52,545 nt of DNA from Bdellovibrionales bacterium (GCA_965197425.1 CBDANC010000011.1:1-52545); one strand, 5' to 3'. Positions 31,446 through 41,415 are shown, numbered from the stretch's first letter. The notes: a model not told the origin generated them from the sequence alone. A program made the numbers and translations.

Positions 31446-32498
31446 ATGGTAAATGACAACCAGAAAGACAATGATTCGAAGGCACCTTCTTTAGAGGATT
31501 CTCAAGGAAGCCGTGTATCTGCGGCAGATTCTTCTGCTAAAGATTCTGTAGCAGAGGGTGAACAAACGAAGCAAGTCGAATCATCAAGTGTAGAGGTCAA
31601 GGTGGGAGATGACTTGAAGCCAGAGGTTTCAGCGCAGGACTCACAATTGCAAGCAGATAGTCCTGATCAAGTAGCAGAGTCTTCTTCTAAAACTTCAGAT
31701 CAGGTTGTAAAAACGCAGAAGCAAGATGAAGACAAAGATTCGGAGTTAGCAGATGAGGAAGCTACAGCACCCGAAGAAGAGCAAATTATAGAAGAGAAAT
31801 TACCAGAACTCTATTTAAATGGTCTTTATGCTATTAAGCTAGGTATGTCTTCTGTTTACAATGATCAAGGGCAAGTTGTTCCTGTGACAGTTTTAAAATT
31901 TGATACTTGGAAGGTCACACAGATAAAAACAAACGAGAAGGATGGATATATTGCTATTCAATTAGGATCGGGTCCAAAGTCTGAGAAAAAGTCGAATCTT
32001 CCTCAAAAAGGTCATTTGAAGCCTTCTGGTTTTCCAACTAATGTGACTTTTTTATGTGAGATTAGAGGAGAAATTCCACATCAACCTTCTGAAGAAGGTG
32101 AGAAGGATAGTGCAACTTCTCAAGATGGCCAGACGATCAATTGCCAGTTAGGTCAAGTTTTATCCATTCATAGCTTAGCAAAAGGTGATCGTGTACATCT
32201 TTCAGCTACTTCAAAAGGGCGTGGTTTTGCAGGTACAATAAAACGTCTAGGTTATAGTGGAGGCCCTGCTTCACATGGATCTCAATTTCACAGAAAACCA
32301 GGTTCTATAGGAATGTGTGAAGAGCCTGCACGTGTGCATCCTGGAAAGGGCATGCCAGGTCATCATGGAAATCGGAATGTGACTTTAAAGCATGTGGAAA
32401 TCGTAGATGTGATTCCAGCAAAAAAGGTTTTATTAGTTAAAGGCGGTGTTCCTGGTGGGCGCTGGCAGCTTGTTAAGTTAATGAAAGAGAGTGTTTAA
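31446..32498 (+). CDS. rplC: 50S ribosomal protein L3 with a long acidic N-terminal extension
   Basis: KLGMS, VPVTV, DGYIAIQ, SKGRGFAG, GPASHGS, LLVKGGVPG. Confidence 0.96.
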   Translation: MVNDNQKDNDSKAPSLEDSQGSRVSAADSSAKDSVAEGEQTKQVESSSVEVKVGDDLKPEVSAQDSQLQADSPDQVAESSSKTSDQVVKTQKQDEDKDSELADEEATAPEEEQIIEEKLPELYLNGLYAIKLGMSSVYNDQGQVVPVTVLKFDTWKVTQIKTNEKDGYIAIQLGSGPKSEKKSNLPQKGHLKPSGFPTNVTFLCEIRGEIPHQPSEEGEKDSATSQDGQTINCQLGQVLSIHSLAKGDRVHLSATSKGRGFAGTIKRLGYSGGPASHGSQFHRKPGSIGMCEEPARVHPGKGMPGHHGNRNVTLKHVEIVDVIPAKKVLLVKGGVPGGRWQLVKLMKESV

Positions 32499-32501
32499 AC
32501 C

Positions 32502-33266
32502 ATGCCTCAGATAGATGTATTACATTGGAATCGTCAAAAGATGAAAAGCATAGAGCTTCCTGATGTTATATTTGCAGGACCCATTAAAAAGCATATTTTA
32601 CATGAGGTTGTGAAGTGGCAACTTGCTAAAAAGCGTCAAGGGACTCACAAAGTAAAAACTCGCGCTGAAGTTTCTGGAGGGGGTAAAAAGCCTTTAAAAC
32701 AAAAAGGTTCAGGGCGTGCGCGTCAAGGCTCTACACGCTCTCCTTTGATGAGGGGAGGAGGGGTGATATTTGGTCCTTCTCCAAGGAGTTACAATTACAC
32801 TCTTGGTAAAAAGGTTAAGAGAGCGGGTTTGCGATCAGCACTTTCTTATCTTTTTAAGGAAAAGCGTTTCTATGTTGTGCCAGAGATGACATCTGAAGAC
32901 GGAAAGACAAAAGATCTTTTAAAAAAATTACAAGGTTTTGGTGTTTCCAAAGCAGTGTTGATTGACAATTTAGAAGTACCGCTTTTTAAAAGAGCAGCTA
33001 GAAATTTACCTTACTTCAGGTATTATTCTACAGATGGTTTGAACGTGTATGATCTTTTAAAATATGATACGGCCATTGTTACAGAGGGTGCATTAAGTGG
33101 TATTATGGCAAGATGCATGCCTCATCATGAGGACGGACAAACTAATGAAGATAAAATGAGCCATCACGATGGGGACCATCAAGATGGGGACCATCAAGAT
33201 GAGGCTCATCAAGATGGGGACCATCAAGATGGCGATGGCAACGATCAAGATAAACGGAGTGATTAA
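32502..33266 (+). CDS. rplD: 50S ribosomal protein L4 with a His/Asp-rich C-terminal tail
   Basis: RQGTHKVKTRAEVSGGGKKP.KQKGSGRARQGS, GGGVIFGP. Confidence 0.97.
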   Translation: MPQIDVLHWNRQKMKSIELPDVIFAGPIKKHILHEVVKWQLAKKRQGTHKVKTRAEVSGGGKKPLKQKGSGRARQGSTRSPLMRGGGVIFGPSPRSYNYTLGKKVKRAGLRSALSYLFKEKRFYVVPEMTSEDGKTKDLLKKLQGFGVSKAVLIDNLEVPLFKRAARNLPYFRYYSTDGLNVYDLLKYDTAIVTEGALSGIMARCMPHHEDGQTNEDKMSHHDGDHQDGDHQDEAHQDGDHQDGDGNDQDKRSD

Positions 33267-33268
33267 GT

Positions 33269-33562
33269 ATGTACAATATTATAAAGGAGCCTCTCACAAC
33301 AGAGAAAAATGCAAAGCACCAGGCCCAAAACACTTATGTTTTTAAGGTAGATAAAACAGCTACTAAGCAACAAATCATGAGAGCTATTGAGCAGTTATTT
33401 GAGGTTAAGGTTATAGGTATTCGGACTCTTATTTCTAGGAGGCGCAGGCATAGAGGACGAGGACAACGTACAGGTAAGAATACAAATAAAATTCATTATT
33501 GGAAGAAAGCTTTTGTGAAGCTATCGTCTAATAGTAAAATTCGACTTTTTGAAGGAGCTTAA
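33269..33562 (+). CDS. rplW: 50S ribosomal protein L23
   Basis: IIKEPLTTEK, ATKQQI, WKKAFVKL; operon position. Confidence 0.95.
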   Translation: MYNIIKEPLTTEKNAKHQAQNTYVFKVDKTATKQQIMRAIEQLFEVKVIGIRTLISRRRRHRGRGQRTGKNTNKIHYWKKAFVKLSSNSKIRLFEGA

Positions 33563-33587
33563 ATTAATTGTTTAAGGACATAGTACA

Positions 33588-34424
33588 ATGACTCTTAGAA
33601 ACTATAAACCATTCACACCTTCTCGAAGAACTATGACGAAGTCTGATTTTTCTCAAATCACCAAGGCATTTCCGGAAAAATCATTAGTTACAAAGAAAGA
33701 TCAAAAAGCAGGTCGTAATAATACAGGCCGTATTACTGTACGTTTCCGTGGATCTGGGCATAAGAAGCGTTATCGGATTATAGATTTTAGGCGATCTAAA
33801 ATGGACATTCCTGCAGTTGTATCTGCTATTGAATACGATCCAAATCGTTCTGCTTTTATAGCTCTTTTGTATTACAAAGATGGAGCAAAGTCTTATATTG
33901 TTGCTCCTTTAAATTTAAAAGTTGGTGATACTGTTTTATCTTCTCAATCAGCGGATATCAAACCTGGTAATAATATGACTTTATCAAAGATTCCATTAGG
34001 AACAATGATTCACAATATTGAAATCAAGCCAGGCAAAGGTGGACAGCTTGCTTTGTCTGCGGGATCTTATGGCACATTGGTTGCAAAAGAGGGTCGGTAT
34101 GTTTTAGTGAAACTGCCTTCGGGAGAGGTCAGGAAGGTGCTTACTGTTTGTAGGGCTTCTATAGGTCAGGTGGGTAATATAGAAAATGAAAATACGAAGA
34201 TAGGTAAAGCAGGTCGAACACGTTGGCTTGGTTGGAGGCCTCATGTTCGAGGCATGTGTCAAAATCCAATTGACCATCCTATGGGAGGGGGAGAAGGTAA
34301 AGGTAAAGGAAATCATCCTCAGACTCCTTGGGGTAAGCCTTGTAAGGGGCATAAAACACGTCATAGTAAGAGAGATGCTCACCTTATTGTAACTGCAAGA
34401 AAACCAAGAAAGAAAAAGAAATAA
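33588..34424 (+). CDS. rplB: 50S ribosomal protein L2
   Basis: [33 protein letters not shown]. Confidence 0.98.
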   Translation: MTLRNYKPFTPSRRTMTKSDFSQITKAFPEKSLVTKKDQKAGRNNTGRITVRFRGSGHKKRYRIIDFRRSKMDIPAVVSAIEYDPNRSAFIALLYYKDGAKSYIVAPLNLKVGDTVLSSQSADIKPGNNMTLSKIPLGTMIHNIEIKPGKGGQLALSAGSYGTLVAKEGRYVLVKLPSGEVRKVLTVCRASIGQVGNIENENTKIGKAGRTRWLGWRPHVRGMCQNPIDHPMGGGEGKGKGNHPQTPWGKPCKGHKTRHSKRDAHLIVTARKPRKKKK

Positions 34425-34437
34425 TAGGGAGGCTTAA

Positions 34438-34719
34438 GTGGGACGTTCTATCAAAAAGGGGCCATTTGTTGATGATCATTTGTTAAAGAAAATACAGAAA
34501 GCTAAGGCTGAGGGAGATCGTAAGGTCATAAAAACTTGGTCAAGACGTTCGACTGTGATTCCAGATGCTGTGGGCTTGACATTTGCTATTCATAATGGCA
34601 AAAAATTTATTCCTGTTTATATAACAGAAAACATGATTGGCCATAAATTGGGAGAGTTTGCTCCAACTAGAATCTTTAAGGGCCATTCTGGGGATAAGAA
34701 AATGAATGTGACTCGATAA
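34438..34719 (+). CDS. rpsS: 30S ribosomal protein S19
   Basis: [28 protein letters not shown]. Confidence 0.98.
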   Translation: MGRSIKKGPFVDDHLLKKIQKAKAEGDRKVIKTWSRRSTVIPDAVGLTFAIHNGKKFIPVYITENMIGHKLGEFAPTRIFKGHSGDKKMNVTR

Positions 34720-34760
34720 GAGTTAGAATATAATTTTTATTTAGGGAAGAGGATAAGATT

Positions 34761-35093
34761 ATGGAAGTGAAGGCTTCTTTAAAATTTGCAAGAGTAGGAA
34801 CGCAAAAGGCCAGGCTTGTTGCCAACTTGGTGAGAGGGCAGCATGTAGAAAAGGCATTAAAGCAACTTGTTTTTTTAAACCGCAAGCCAGCAAAGGTTAT
34901 AAAAAAACTCATCTTATCCACGCTCGCAAATGCTAGGCAGAATAGTTATATTGATATAGATACTTTATTTATTAAGAAGATCATTGTAAATGAGGGGCCT
35001 CATTACAAACGTCAGATTCCTAGAGCGCAGGGACGTGCTTCTTTAATTAGAAAAAAATCAAGCCATATCGATTTGGTGTTAGCTGAGAGGTAA
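34761..35093 (+). CDS. rplV: 50S ribosomal protein L22
   Basis: [16 protein letters not shown]. Confidence 0.97.
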   Translation: MEVKASLKFARVGTQKARLVANLVRGQHVEKALKQLVFLNRKPAKVIKKLILSTLANARQNSYIDIDTLFIKKIIVNEGPHYKRQIPRAQGRASLIRKKSSHIDLVLAER

Positions 35094-35101
35094 AATATAT
35101 T

Positions 35102-35770
35102 ATGGGTCAAAAAGTAAATCCAATTGGATTGAGATTAGGTATTAATAGGACATGGGATTCTCGTTGGTATAGTAAGGGACCTAGTTTTGCTAAGAACCTA
35201 CATGAAGATTTTAAATTGCGAAAATATGTAAAAAAACAATTAAAACATGCTGGAGTTTCAAGAGTTGAAATTGAGCGTATTGCAAGTAAGGTGAAGCTTA
35301 TTGTTTTTTCTGCAAGACCTGGTGTTGTGATTGGGAAAAAGGGAACTGGTATTGATGCTCTTAAAGCTGATGTGCAGCGTTTTACAAAGGACGAAGTTTT
35401 TATCAATATTCAGGAGGTCAGAAAGCCTGATATTGATGCTCATTTAATTGCTAAGAGTATTGCTATACAGTTAGAAAAACGTGTTTCTTGGCGTAGAGCA
35501 CTTAAAAAAGCTTTAAAAGCTGCTGTTTTAGGTGGAGTTAAAGGGATTAAGGTACAAGTTGCAGGCCGATTAGATGGGGTAGAAATTGCAAGAACAGAAT
35601 GGTACACTGAAAAAAGTGTGCCACTTCACACTTTAAGGGCTCAAATTGACTATGAGACAGCAGAGGCACTGACAACTTACGGGATCATTGGAGTGAAGGT
35701 ATGGATTTACAAAGGGGATGTTATGTCACTTAAGGCATTACGTCAGGAGACACAGCGTGCTCAGTCCTAA
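35102..35770 (+). CDS. rpsC: 30S ribosomal protein S3
   Basis: [31 protein letters not shown]. Confidence 0.98.
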   Translation: MGQKVNPIGLRLGINRTWDSRWYSKGPSFAKNLHEDFKLRKYVKKQLKHAGVSRVEIERIASKVKLIVFSARPGVVIGKKGTGIDALKADVQRFTKDEVFINIQEVRKPDIDAHLIAKSIAIQLEKRVSWRRALKKALKAAVLGGVKGIKVQVAGRLDGVEIARTEWYTEKSVPLHTLRAQIDYETAEALTTYGIIGVKVWIYKGDVMSLKALRQETQRAQS

Positions 35771-36170
35771 GAAGGTTAAATGGAGAAAGCAATTTCGACC
35801 TTACTTAAGTGGTAAGGCTCATTCGGGGGACAAAATTTCCTTTGGTGATTTTGGAATGCAGGCTCTTACAGCAGGTAAATTAACCTCTCGTCAGATTGAG
35901 GCGAGTCGTATTGCTATTAGTCGTTCTGTGAAGAGAGGCGGGCGGGTTTGGATTCGTATATTTCCTCATATTCCTGTGACCAAGAAGCCAGCAGAAACAC
36001 GTATGGGAAGTGGTAAAGGGTCTCCAGAGTATTGGATTGCTCATATAAGACCTGGCACAATTCTTTTTGAAATGGTTGGGGTGACTATAGCGCAAGCAAA
36101 AAGAGCTTTTGAATTAGCTGGTCATAAACTACCTATTAAAACAAGGTTTTTAAAGAGAGAATCTTTATGA
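35757..36170 (+). CDS. rplP: 50S ribosomal protein L16
   Basis: GTG start at 35757 ([12 protein letters not shown]), WIRIFP, RMGSGKG, KLPIKT. Confidence 0.97.
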   Translation: MLSPKKVKWRKQFRPYLSGKAHSGDKISFGDFGMQALTAGKLTSRQIEASRIAISRSVKRGGRVWIRIFPHIPVTKKPAETRMGSGKGSPEYWIAHIRPGTILFEMVGVTIAQAKRAFELAGHKLPIKTRFLKRESL

Positions 36171-36391
36171 AATATAAAAATATAAAAAACTTAGAACAGG
36201 AAGAGATTTTAAAAAAGATGACTGAGTGTTTAAATGAGCTCTTTCAATTAAGAATGACAAAAAAACTAAATCAGGTGACCAATCCTGTAAAGATTAGAAC
36301 ATTGAGGCGAGACATTGCTCGTTTGAAAACAGTATTATCTCAAAGAAGGCTATCAAAAGATACAAACTTAGAGGCAACTGCAAAAAATTAA
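36167..36391 (+). CDS. rpmC: 50S ribosomal protein L29
   Basis: [19 protein letters not shown]; operon position. Confidence 0.95.
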   Translation: MKYKNIKNLEQEEILKKMTECLNELFQLRMTKKLNQVTNPVKIRTLRRDIARLKTVLSQRRLSKDTNLEATAKN

Positions 36392-36407
36392 TATTTGGAG
36401 ATAAAAG

Positions 36408-36956
36408 ATGGCAGAGAATCAGGATGAAAAGAAAGAGCAGAAGACAGATGATGTAGTAGTAGATCAGGCGGCTTCAGATCAAGATCAGGCGGTAGCATCA
36501 GATAAAGATCAGGTTAAAGCAGATAGCGTGGAACCTAAGGGTGGTGCAGATAAAGGTGTTGATGACAGCAAATCATCTGATCAAGTGCCTTTAAAAACAG
36601 AAGAGAAAAAGAAAGTCCGAAAGCCAAAACCAAAAGCAGATATAAGAGTTCAACAGGTGGGTCATCGAAGAAAGGTTCTTGATACAGATAAAGTGAAGGA
36701 GCGTGGACGCAAGATTGAGGTTATTGGTGATGTGATCAGTGATAAGATGAACAAGACGATCACTGTGCAGATATATAGAAAGGTTCGTCATCCTCGTGTT
36801 GGCAAGTACATTAAGAGGAGTACAAAATTCAAGGTTCATGATGAGAAGAACGTAGCGCATATAGGGGACAAGGTTTTAATTCATGCTACTCGCGCCCTCA
36901 GCAAGACAAAGTATTGGAAGTTGTCGAAAGTTGTAAAAGCCGGTGAAAGATTATGA
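36408..36956 (+). CDS. rpsQ: 30S ribosomal protein S17 with a long N-terminal extension
   Basis: VISDKMNKTITV, VHDEKN, GDKV, TRALSKTK; GGAG RBS before ATG 36408. Confidence 0.95.
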   Translation: MAENQDEKKEQKTDDVVVDQAASDQDQAVASDKDQVKADSVEPKGGADKGVDDSKSSDQVPLKTEEKKKVRKPKPKADIRVQQVGHRRKVLDTDKVKERGRKIEVIGDVISDKMNKTITVQIYRKVRHPRVGKYIKRSTKFKVHDEKNVAHIGDKVLIHATRALSKTKYWKLSKVVKAGERL

Positions 36957-37321
36957 TGTTAAGAGTAAGATTTCCTTAACATGATGTAAAAAGATGAGGA
37001 GAATCTCCCTCCTAAAAATAGTCAGGCTTTCTAGGTAATGACCTATTTGCTGAAGGCGTGAGCCTTCAGGGTCATTACCAGAAAGTGGCTAGAGGCCAGA
37101 TTATTTTTAGGGAGACAGCAGTTATCGAGGATTATAAAAGCCGGTGAAAGGTTATGATGTTAAGGGTAAGATTTCCTTAACATGATGTTAAAAAGTGAGG
37201 AGAATCTCCCTCCTAAAAATAGTCAGGCTTTCTAGGTAATGACCTATTTGCTGAAGGCGTGAGCCTTCAGGGTCATTACCAGAAAGTGGCTAGAGGCCAG
37301 ATTATTTTTAGGGAGACAGCA
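36920..37321 (+). repeat. 201-bp tandem duplication including the rpsQ 3' end and structured elements D1 (37012-37110) and D2 (37213-37311)
   Basis: Constant 201-bp offset; LSKVVKAGERL* versus LSRIIKAGERL*; P1 CTAAAAATAGTC/GATTATTTTTAG. Confidence 0.9.
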
Positions 37322-37356
37322 TTAGAAAAAACAAAGGAAAAAATCTTCGAAGTAAT

Positions 37357-37455
37357 GATTTGATATTTTAAGCCAATCCTCGAAGTCCTCGAGTAAACCG
37401 CTTGGTAGCGGTTTACCCTGCGGAAGATCTCGTCTTTGGCTTAAAACATCAAATC
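37357..37455. repeat. Second type of long palindromic element
   Basis: gatttgatattttaagccaa/ttggcttaaaacatcaaatc outer stem; gtaaaccgc/gcggtttac inner stem. Confidence 0.65.
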
Positions 37456-37550
37456 TTGTTTTATTATAAAGATTTGTGGATGATTTGTAAGGGAAGGATG
37501 GAAGGAAATTTTCCTTAACATGATGTAAAAAGATGAGGAGAATCTCCCTA

Positions 37551-37648
37551 CTAAAAATGAACAGGTTTTTGAGGCAATGAGCATTTTACGAGGGCGTTAG
37601 CCGTCGTGCTCATTGGCCAAAAATGGTCAGAGACCAGTTCATTTTTAG
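37551..37648 (+). repeat. Structured three-way-junction element, copy E
   Basis: CTAAAAATGAAC/GTTCATTTTTAG; long P2 with bulged A; TGGTC/GACCA hairpin; preceded by the same leader of about 40 bp as D1 and D2. Confidence 0.75.
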
Positions 37649-37668
37649 TGAGATGGAAAGGTGAAAAG

Positions 37669-38037
37669 ATGATACAGATGCAAACTTGGTTAAAAGTCGC
37701 AGACAATTCAGGCGCTAAAGAGGTACAGTGTATAAAAGTGCTTGGGGGTTCTAAAAGGATGATTGCCTCAGTAGGTGATATTATAGTTGTTTCTATAAAA
37801 TCAGCAATTCCTAACTCCAAGGTTAAAAAGGGAGAGAAGGCAAAGGCGGTGATTGTTAGAACGATACACAAACAACGCAGACCGGATGGGAGTTATATAA
37901 GGTTTGATGAGAATGCTGTGGTCTTAGTCAATGCCAATAAAGAGCCTATAGGCACACGTATTTTTGGTCCAGTTGTTCGAGAATTAAGAGCTAAAAAATT
38001 TGTTAAGATTGTTTCCTTAGCTCCAGAAGTTCTATAG
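37669..38037 (+). CDS. rplN: 50S ribosomal protein L14
   Basis: [16 protein letters not shown]...RIFGPV.RELR...SLAPEVL, 122 aa. Confidence 0.98.
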   Translation: MIQMQTWLKVADNSGAKEVQCIKVLGGSKRMIASVGDIIVVSIKSAIPNSKVKKGEKAKAVIVRTIHKQRRPDGSYIRFDENAVVLVNANKEPIGTRIFGPVVRELRAKKFVKIVSLAPEVL

Positions 38038-38202
38038 CAATATTTATTTTTTAGACAGGCTCTAATATTTAGGCAAATAAAAACGGTAAACAACGGCTAA
38101 ACTTTTTAGGCTAGTTGGGATCTCTACTTTTCTCTAATTCTCTATAATCATAACAGAGGGGACTTCCGAGCATGGTGCTGACTTTCCACCATTTAACCCT
38201 TG

Positions 38203-38689
38203 CCTGAGTTTGGCAGTTGAAAAAATAAAGTTGAGTAATTTTAATTACTTAGAGGCGTATTGGAATTTTGTGCCACTAGGTTTTTATTTTGTGGTAGAGA
38301 TTTGAGAGATTTTTTTAAGTTTAAGTAGATTCAATTTTAAGTTGTTTTGGTGGGATTTTAACTCCTATAGCTTTAAATACATCAGCGTTATTGCCATAAA
38401 TGTCTGTTCTTATCCAAATAGTTTTGTCTTTATATCTGACAGGTATAGCTCGTATTTCTTTCAGCTTTAACATAGCTTCCGCTAATCGAGCATTTTTAGC
38501 TCGGCCTAAAGACATGAGGGTTCTGTGATTACTTTTACCATCTTTCCAATAGCTTTCAGCTATGTGATAGTAAGTTTGTCCTCTGGAGTTTTTTGACCAA
38601 AACTCAAACCCAATAACCCCTAACTACTGTAAATAAAGCATTCCTTAAAAAAAATATCCCGAAAATTCAAATCAAGTGTCAAACTCAGG
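38203..38689 (-). mobile_element. Internally deleted IS1634-family derivative, 487 bp
   Basis: Both TIRs present (CCTGAGTTTGGCAGTT ... AAGTGTCAAACTCAGG); transposase 5' and 3' remnants are fused (MSLGR...EIRAIPVR...KQLKIEST). Confidence 0.9.
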
Positions 38690-38787
38690 ACTTAAAATGA
38701 GTTGTTGTATCTGGCTGATGTATGAAGGTTCCTTTAAGACATTCCCGTTAACAGCATTGTCACAGACTCCATTGATAGGTGTCTTTG

Positions 38788-41139
38788 TTATTGATTATTG
38801 ATTATTGATTTTACTTTTTGACAGTTTATTGCAGTAGTTCCGCCGTTTAAACCTAAACATTGCCATCTATAATATGTATTTGTATCTGCAATAGCATTAG
38901 AATTTGGAGTTCCTGCAATACATCCATATTTAATAGAATTGTCACAGACTCCATTGATAGGTGTCTTTGTTATTGATTTTGCTTTTTGACAGTTTATTGC
39001 AGTAGTTCCGCCGTTTAAACCTAAACATTGCCATCTATAATATGTATTTGTATCTGCAATAGCATTAGAATTTGGAGTTCCTGCAATACATCCATATTTA
39101 ATAGAATTGTCACAAACTCCATTGACCGGAGTCTCAAACACAGGTTCTATTTGTATAGAAAGCCACTTCGAACAATTATGACTGCTGCTATTCTTACTAT
39201 TCCTTTTGCTGTTGATACAGAATCTATAAAAATGAGCGCCAGGAGTTGAAGGGGCTTTTAACCTGATTTGTTCAAGGCTTGCTTCCCCTACAGCAAGGGC
39301 TTTAACAACACGGGTTTCCTTAACCGCCTTTTCATTTAATGGATAAAGATACAGGATTGACTCAGTAATATTCTTTATCAAGCTCGCACTTAATATCTTT
39401 TCATTTAATCGATAAAGATACAGGATTGACTCCATGGATGCATTCAACCCAATGTTATAAACAGTTGTAGATAAGGTAAAAAATTGTCCTGGGTGTAAAA
39501 CCATGTCTTTATAAATGTTTGAGGGCTGCTGGATCGCAACATTTGAATGTGTTAAGGGTGTTTCATCGACCTTTTTGTCTTCATGGATTTGAATTCTTTG
39601 AGCTTGGATCACAAGATCTGAACCGGCAGAACGTGTGCGAAAATTGGCTAAAATCACCTTTGTCTGATTTAGAATATTTTGAGCATGAGCTGGTCCTACA
39701 CGAAGATTGCTTTCATCTAATGTGCCGAGAGGATCACCGTTGTAAATCTGATTTGCATTTGAAAATCGCATGATAACCTCACAATAAAATCCACCTTCTT
39801 GTACACACTGATCAGGATAAGACATAATGGTCCGCCATTTGGCATCTGCTGGAGGAGATAGCTCATCAAATATTTTTTGATTCACATAACCATAATTGTA
39901 ATTCGGAGAAGGTAGAGCAGAGTAGATATATCGATCATGCAAGAGCCCCATATTATGACCCAACTCATGTGCAAAAAATGAACTTGGACAATACACAACC
40001 GTATAACCAAAAGCAAGATTCGGATCAGCCGATATATCAGAATTCGGATCTAATATATAAGCAAGACCGCACCGACTCTCAGTAAAGACAGAGATTAAGT
40101 GGACAATATCTGCTTTTAATTCATCACGTCTGATATGAACTTTATCCATAAATCCATCAGAAGGATCTCTAAGGCGTCTTAAGATATTTGGATTTTGTTG
40201 TGAAACGGTTAAGGTCATCTTTTTTTTATCGTCTGTTTTATCGTCTGGTGGATTCGTTTGCTCTTGTTCATTATACTCTACTTCTTCTTTTGTAACTGCA
40301 AAAATTCTTTGATTCACATCACTGTCTATGTAAGCTTGATTGGTTTCAGCCACCATAAGATCAATCAAGGTTTCTATTTGGTCATGTCCTCCTACTGCCT
40401 GTCGAGCTAACGGTGTATAAAAGATAGCCACATCAATACGTGATCCATCTTCTTTATTTAAGGATGATGAGGGTTGAGTAGAACGATCAGAACGATCAGT
40501 AGGAAAAGAAGGCGTTAATGGTTCTGCTCCTGATGGAAGTGCCGATGAATCAATTTCTTGAATTATATAACTTTTCTTATCAGGAGCGGTAAGAATCCTA
40601 TAAGTTGCGTTAGGTGTTTGTAGAGTTCCCGCCACTATATCACCATTGACTACCAGTGTCATTTGTCCCAATTGATTTTCTAATCGACCAAATAATGTGT
40701 ATCCTGTTAAGCTTGATTCTATCCTTTTGTCTATAGAAATTACAAAATTGGCATCATCGAACAAATTGAATAAAAGTGATGCAGGCCTGGATTTATTAAT
40801 AGCTTCATTTAAAACATCTATTTGTTCAAATTTGATTTGGACTTGCTGGCTACGTATAATGTAGTCATGATTTGTCTTATTATGCAATTCTTGTAGAGAT
40901 TCATTCTTTTTATTATCTGAATCAAGGCTTATAAATAAGCCACTTTCTTGGGTGGCCAAATTTCTATCAACACCAACTGAATCTGTTTCCGGATCTACTA
41001 GAGGATTTATTGTTTCTGGCTGTAGTGTCGTATCCAGGTTGAAACAATTTTGAAATCCAACACTTAATAATACGGCGCCTAGCACCAACGCAAAAAGATT
41101 AATATAAAGCAGGGGTTGCTTTTTTAATAATTTACCCAT
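38788..41139 (-). CDS. Lipoprotein reprolysin-like (M12-type) zinc metallopeptidase with Ig/CARDB-like and Cys-rich C-terminal repeats
   Basis: AGGAGA RBS, VGFQNC lipobox, CGLAY, FAHELGHNMGLLHD, RTIMSY Met-turn, two 56-aa NGVC...WQCLGLNGG repeats. Confidence 0.88.
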   Translation of the reverse strand: MGKLLKKQPLLYINLFALVLGAVLLSVGFQNCFNLDTTLQPETINPLVDPETDSVGVDRNLATQESGLFISLDSDNKKNESLQELHNKTNHDYIIRSQQVQIKFEQIDVLNEAINKSRPASLLFNLFDDANFVISIDKRIESSLTGYTLFGRLENQLGQMTLVVNGDIVAGTLQTPNATYRILTAPDKKSYIIQEIDSSALPSGAEPLTPSFPTDRSDRSTQPSSSLNKEDGSRIDVAIFYTPLARQAVGGHDQIETLIDLMVAETNQAYIDSDVNQRIFAVTKEEVEYNEQEQTNPPDDKTDDKKKMTLTVSQQNPNILRRLRDPSDGFMDKVHIRRDELKADIVHLISVFTESRCGLAYILDPNSDISADPNLAFGYTVVYCPSSFFAHELGHNMGLLHDRYIYSALPSPNYNYGYVNQKIFDELSPPADAKWRTIMSYPDQCVQEGGFYCEVIMRFSNANQIYNGDPLGTLDESNLRVGPAHAQNILNQTKVILANFRTRSAGSDLVIQAQRIQIHEDKKVDETPLTHSNVAIQQPSNIYKDMVLHPGQFFTLSTTVYNIGLNASMESILYLYRLNEKILSASLIKNITESILYLYPLNEKAVKETRVVKALAVGEASLEQIRLKAPSTPGAHFYRFCINSKRNSKNSSSHNCSKWLSIQIEPVFETPVNGVCDNSIKYGCIAGTPNSNAIADTNTYYRWQCLGLNGGTTAINCQKAKSITKTPINGVCDNSIKYGCIAGTPNSNAIADTNTYYRWQCLGLNGGTTAINCQKVKSIINNQ

Positions 41140-41165
41140 TTTTATAACACACTCTCCTATCATTA

Positions 41166-41415
41166 ACTTGATCTAAAAAGTAGAAGCTTATGCAAGCTTC
41201 ATTGAGGTCATTTGAGTACTGACTAGCCAGTTCGTTAACTATGTTTTGATAATTTGCAGGTTCTAATATTGAACTTTGTTGATTATTTAAATTATGGTTC
41301 ATAACTAGTTGAGAGGTCTTTTCGTTATCAAAATAGTTAAGTCAAATTGCATTAAAACAGTAGGAATTAGAAAAGATTTAGACAGTTTAGGGAGGTGCTT
41401 TTTAGGATTAAACAT
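41166..41415 (-). pseudogene. 5' remnant of a paralogue of gene 42127-44292
   Basis: 41166-41289 matches about 44029-44152; the start MFNPKKHLPKLSK resembles MLNPQKHIPKLPK and has the same GCAGGAG RBS. Confidence 0.85.

Noticed and set aside
35718..37668. Longer ORF-track starts for rplP (35718) and rplN (37606)
   Set aside because: Conserved N-termini and RBS positions support 35757 and 37669; the rplN extension runs through a repeat element
33142..38093. Minus-strand ORFs within the ribosomal operon
   Set aside because: Antisense shadows of well-conserved ribosomal protein genes
39328..39433. Short internal duplication in the protease gene (ESILYLY.LNEK twice)
   Set aside because: Single in-frame local duplication with no further pattern
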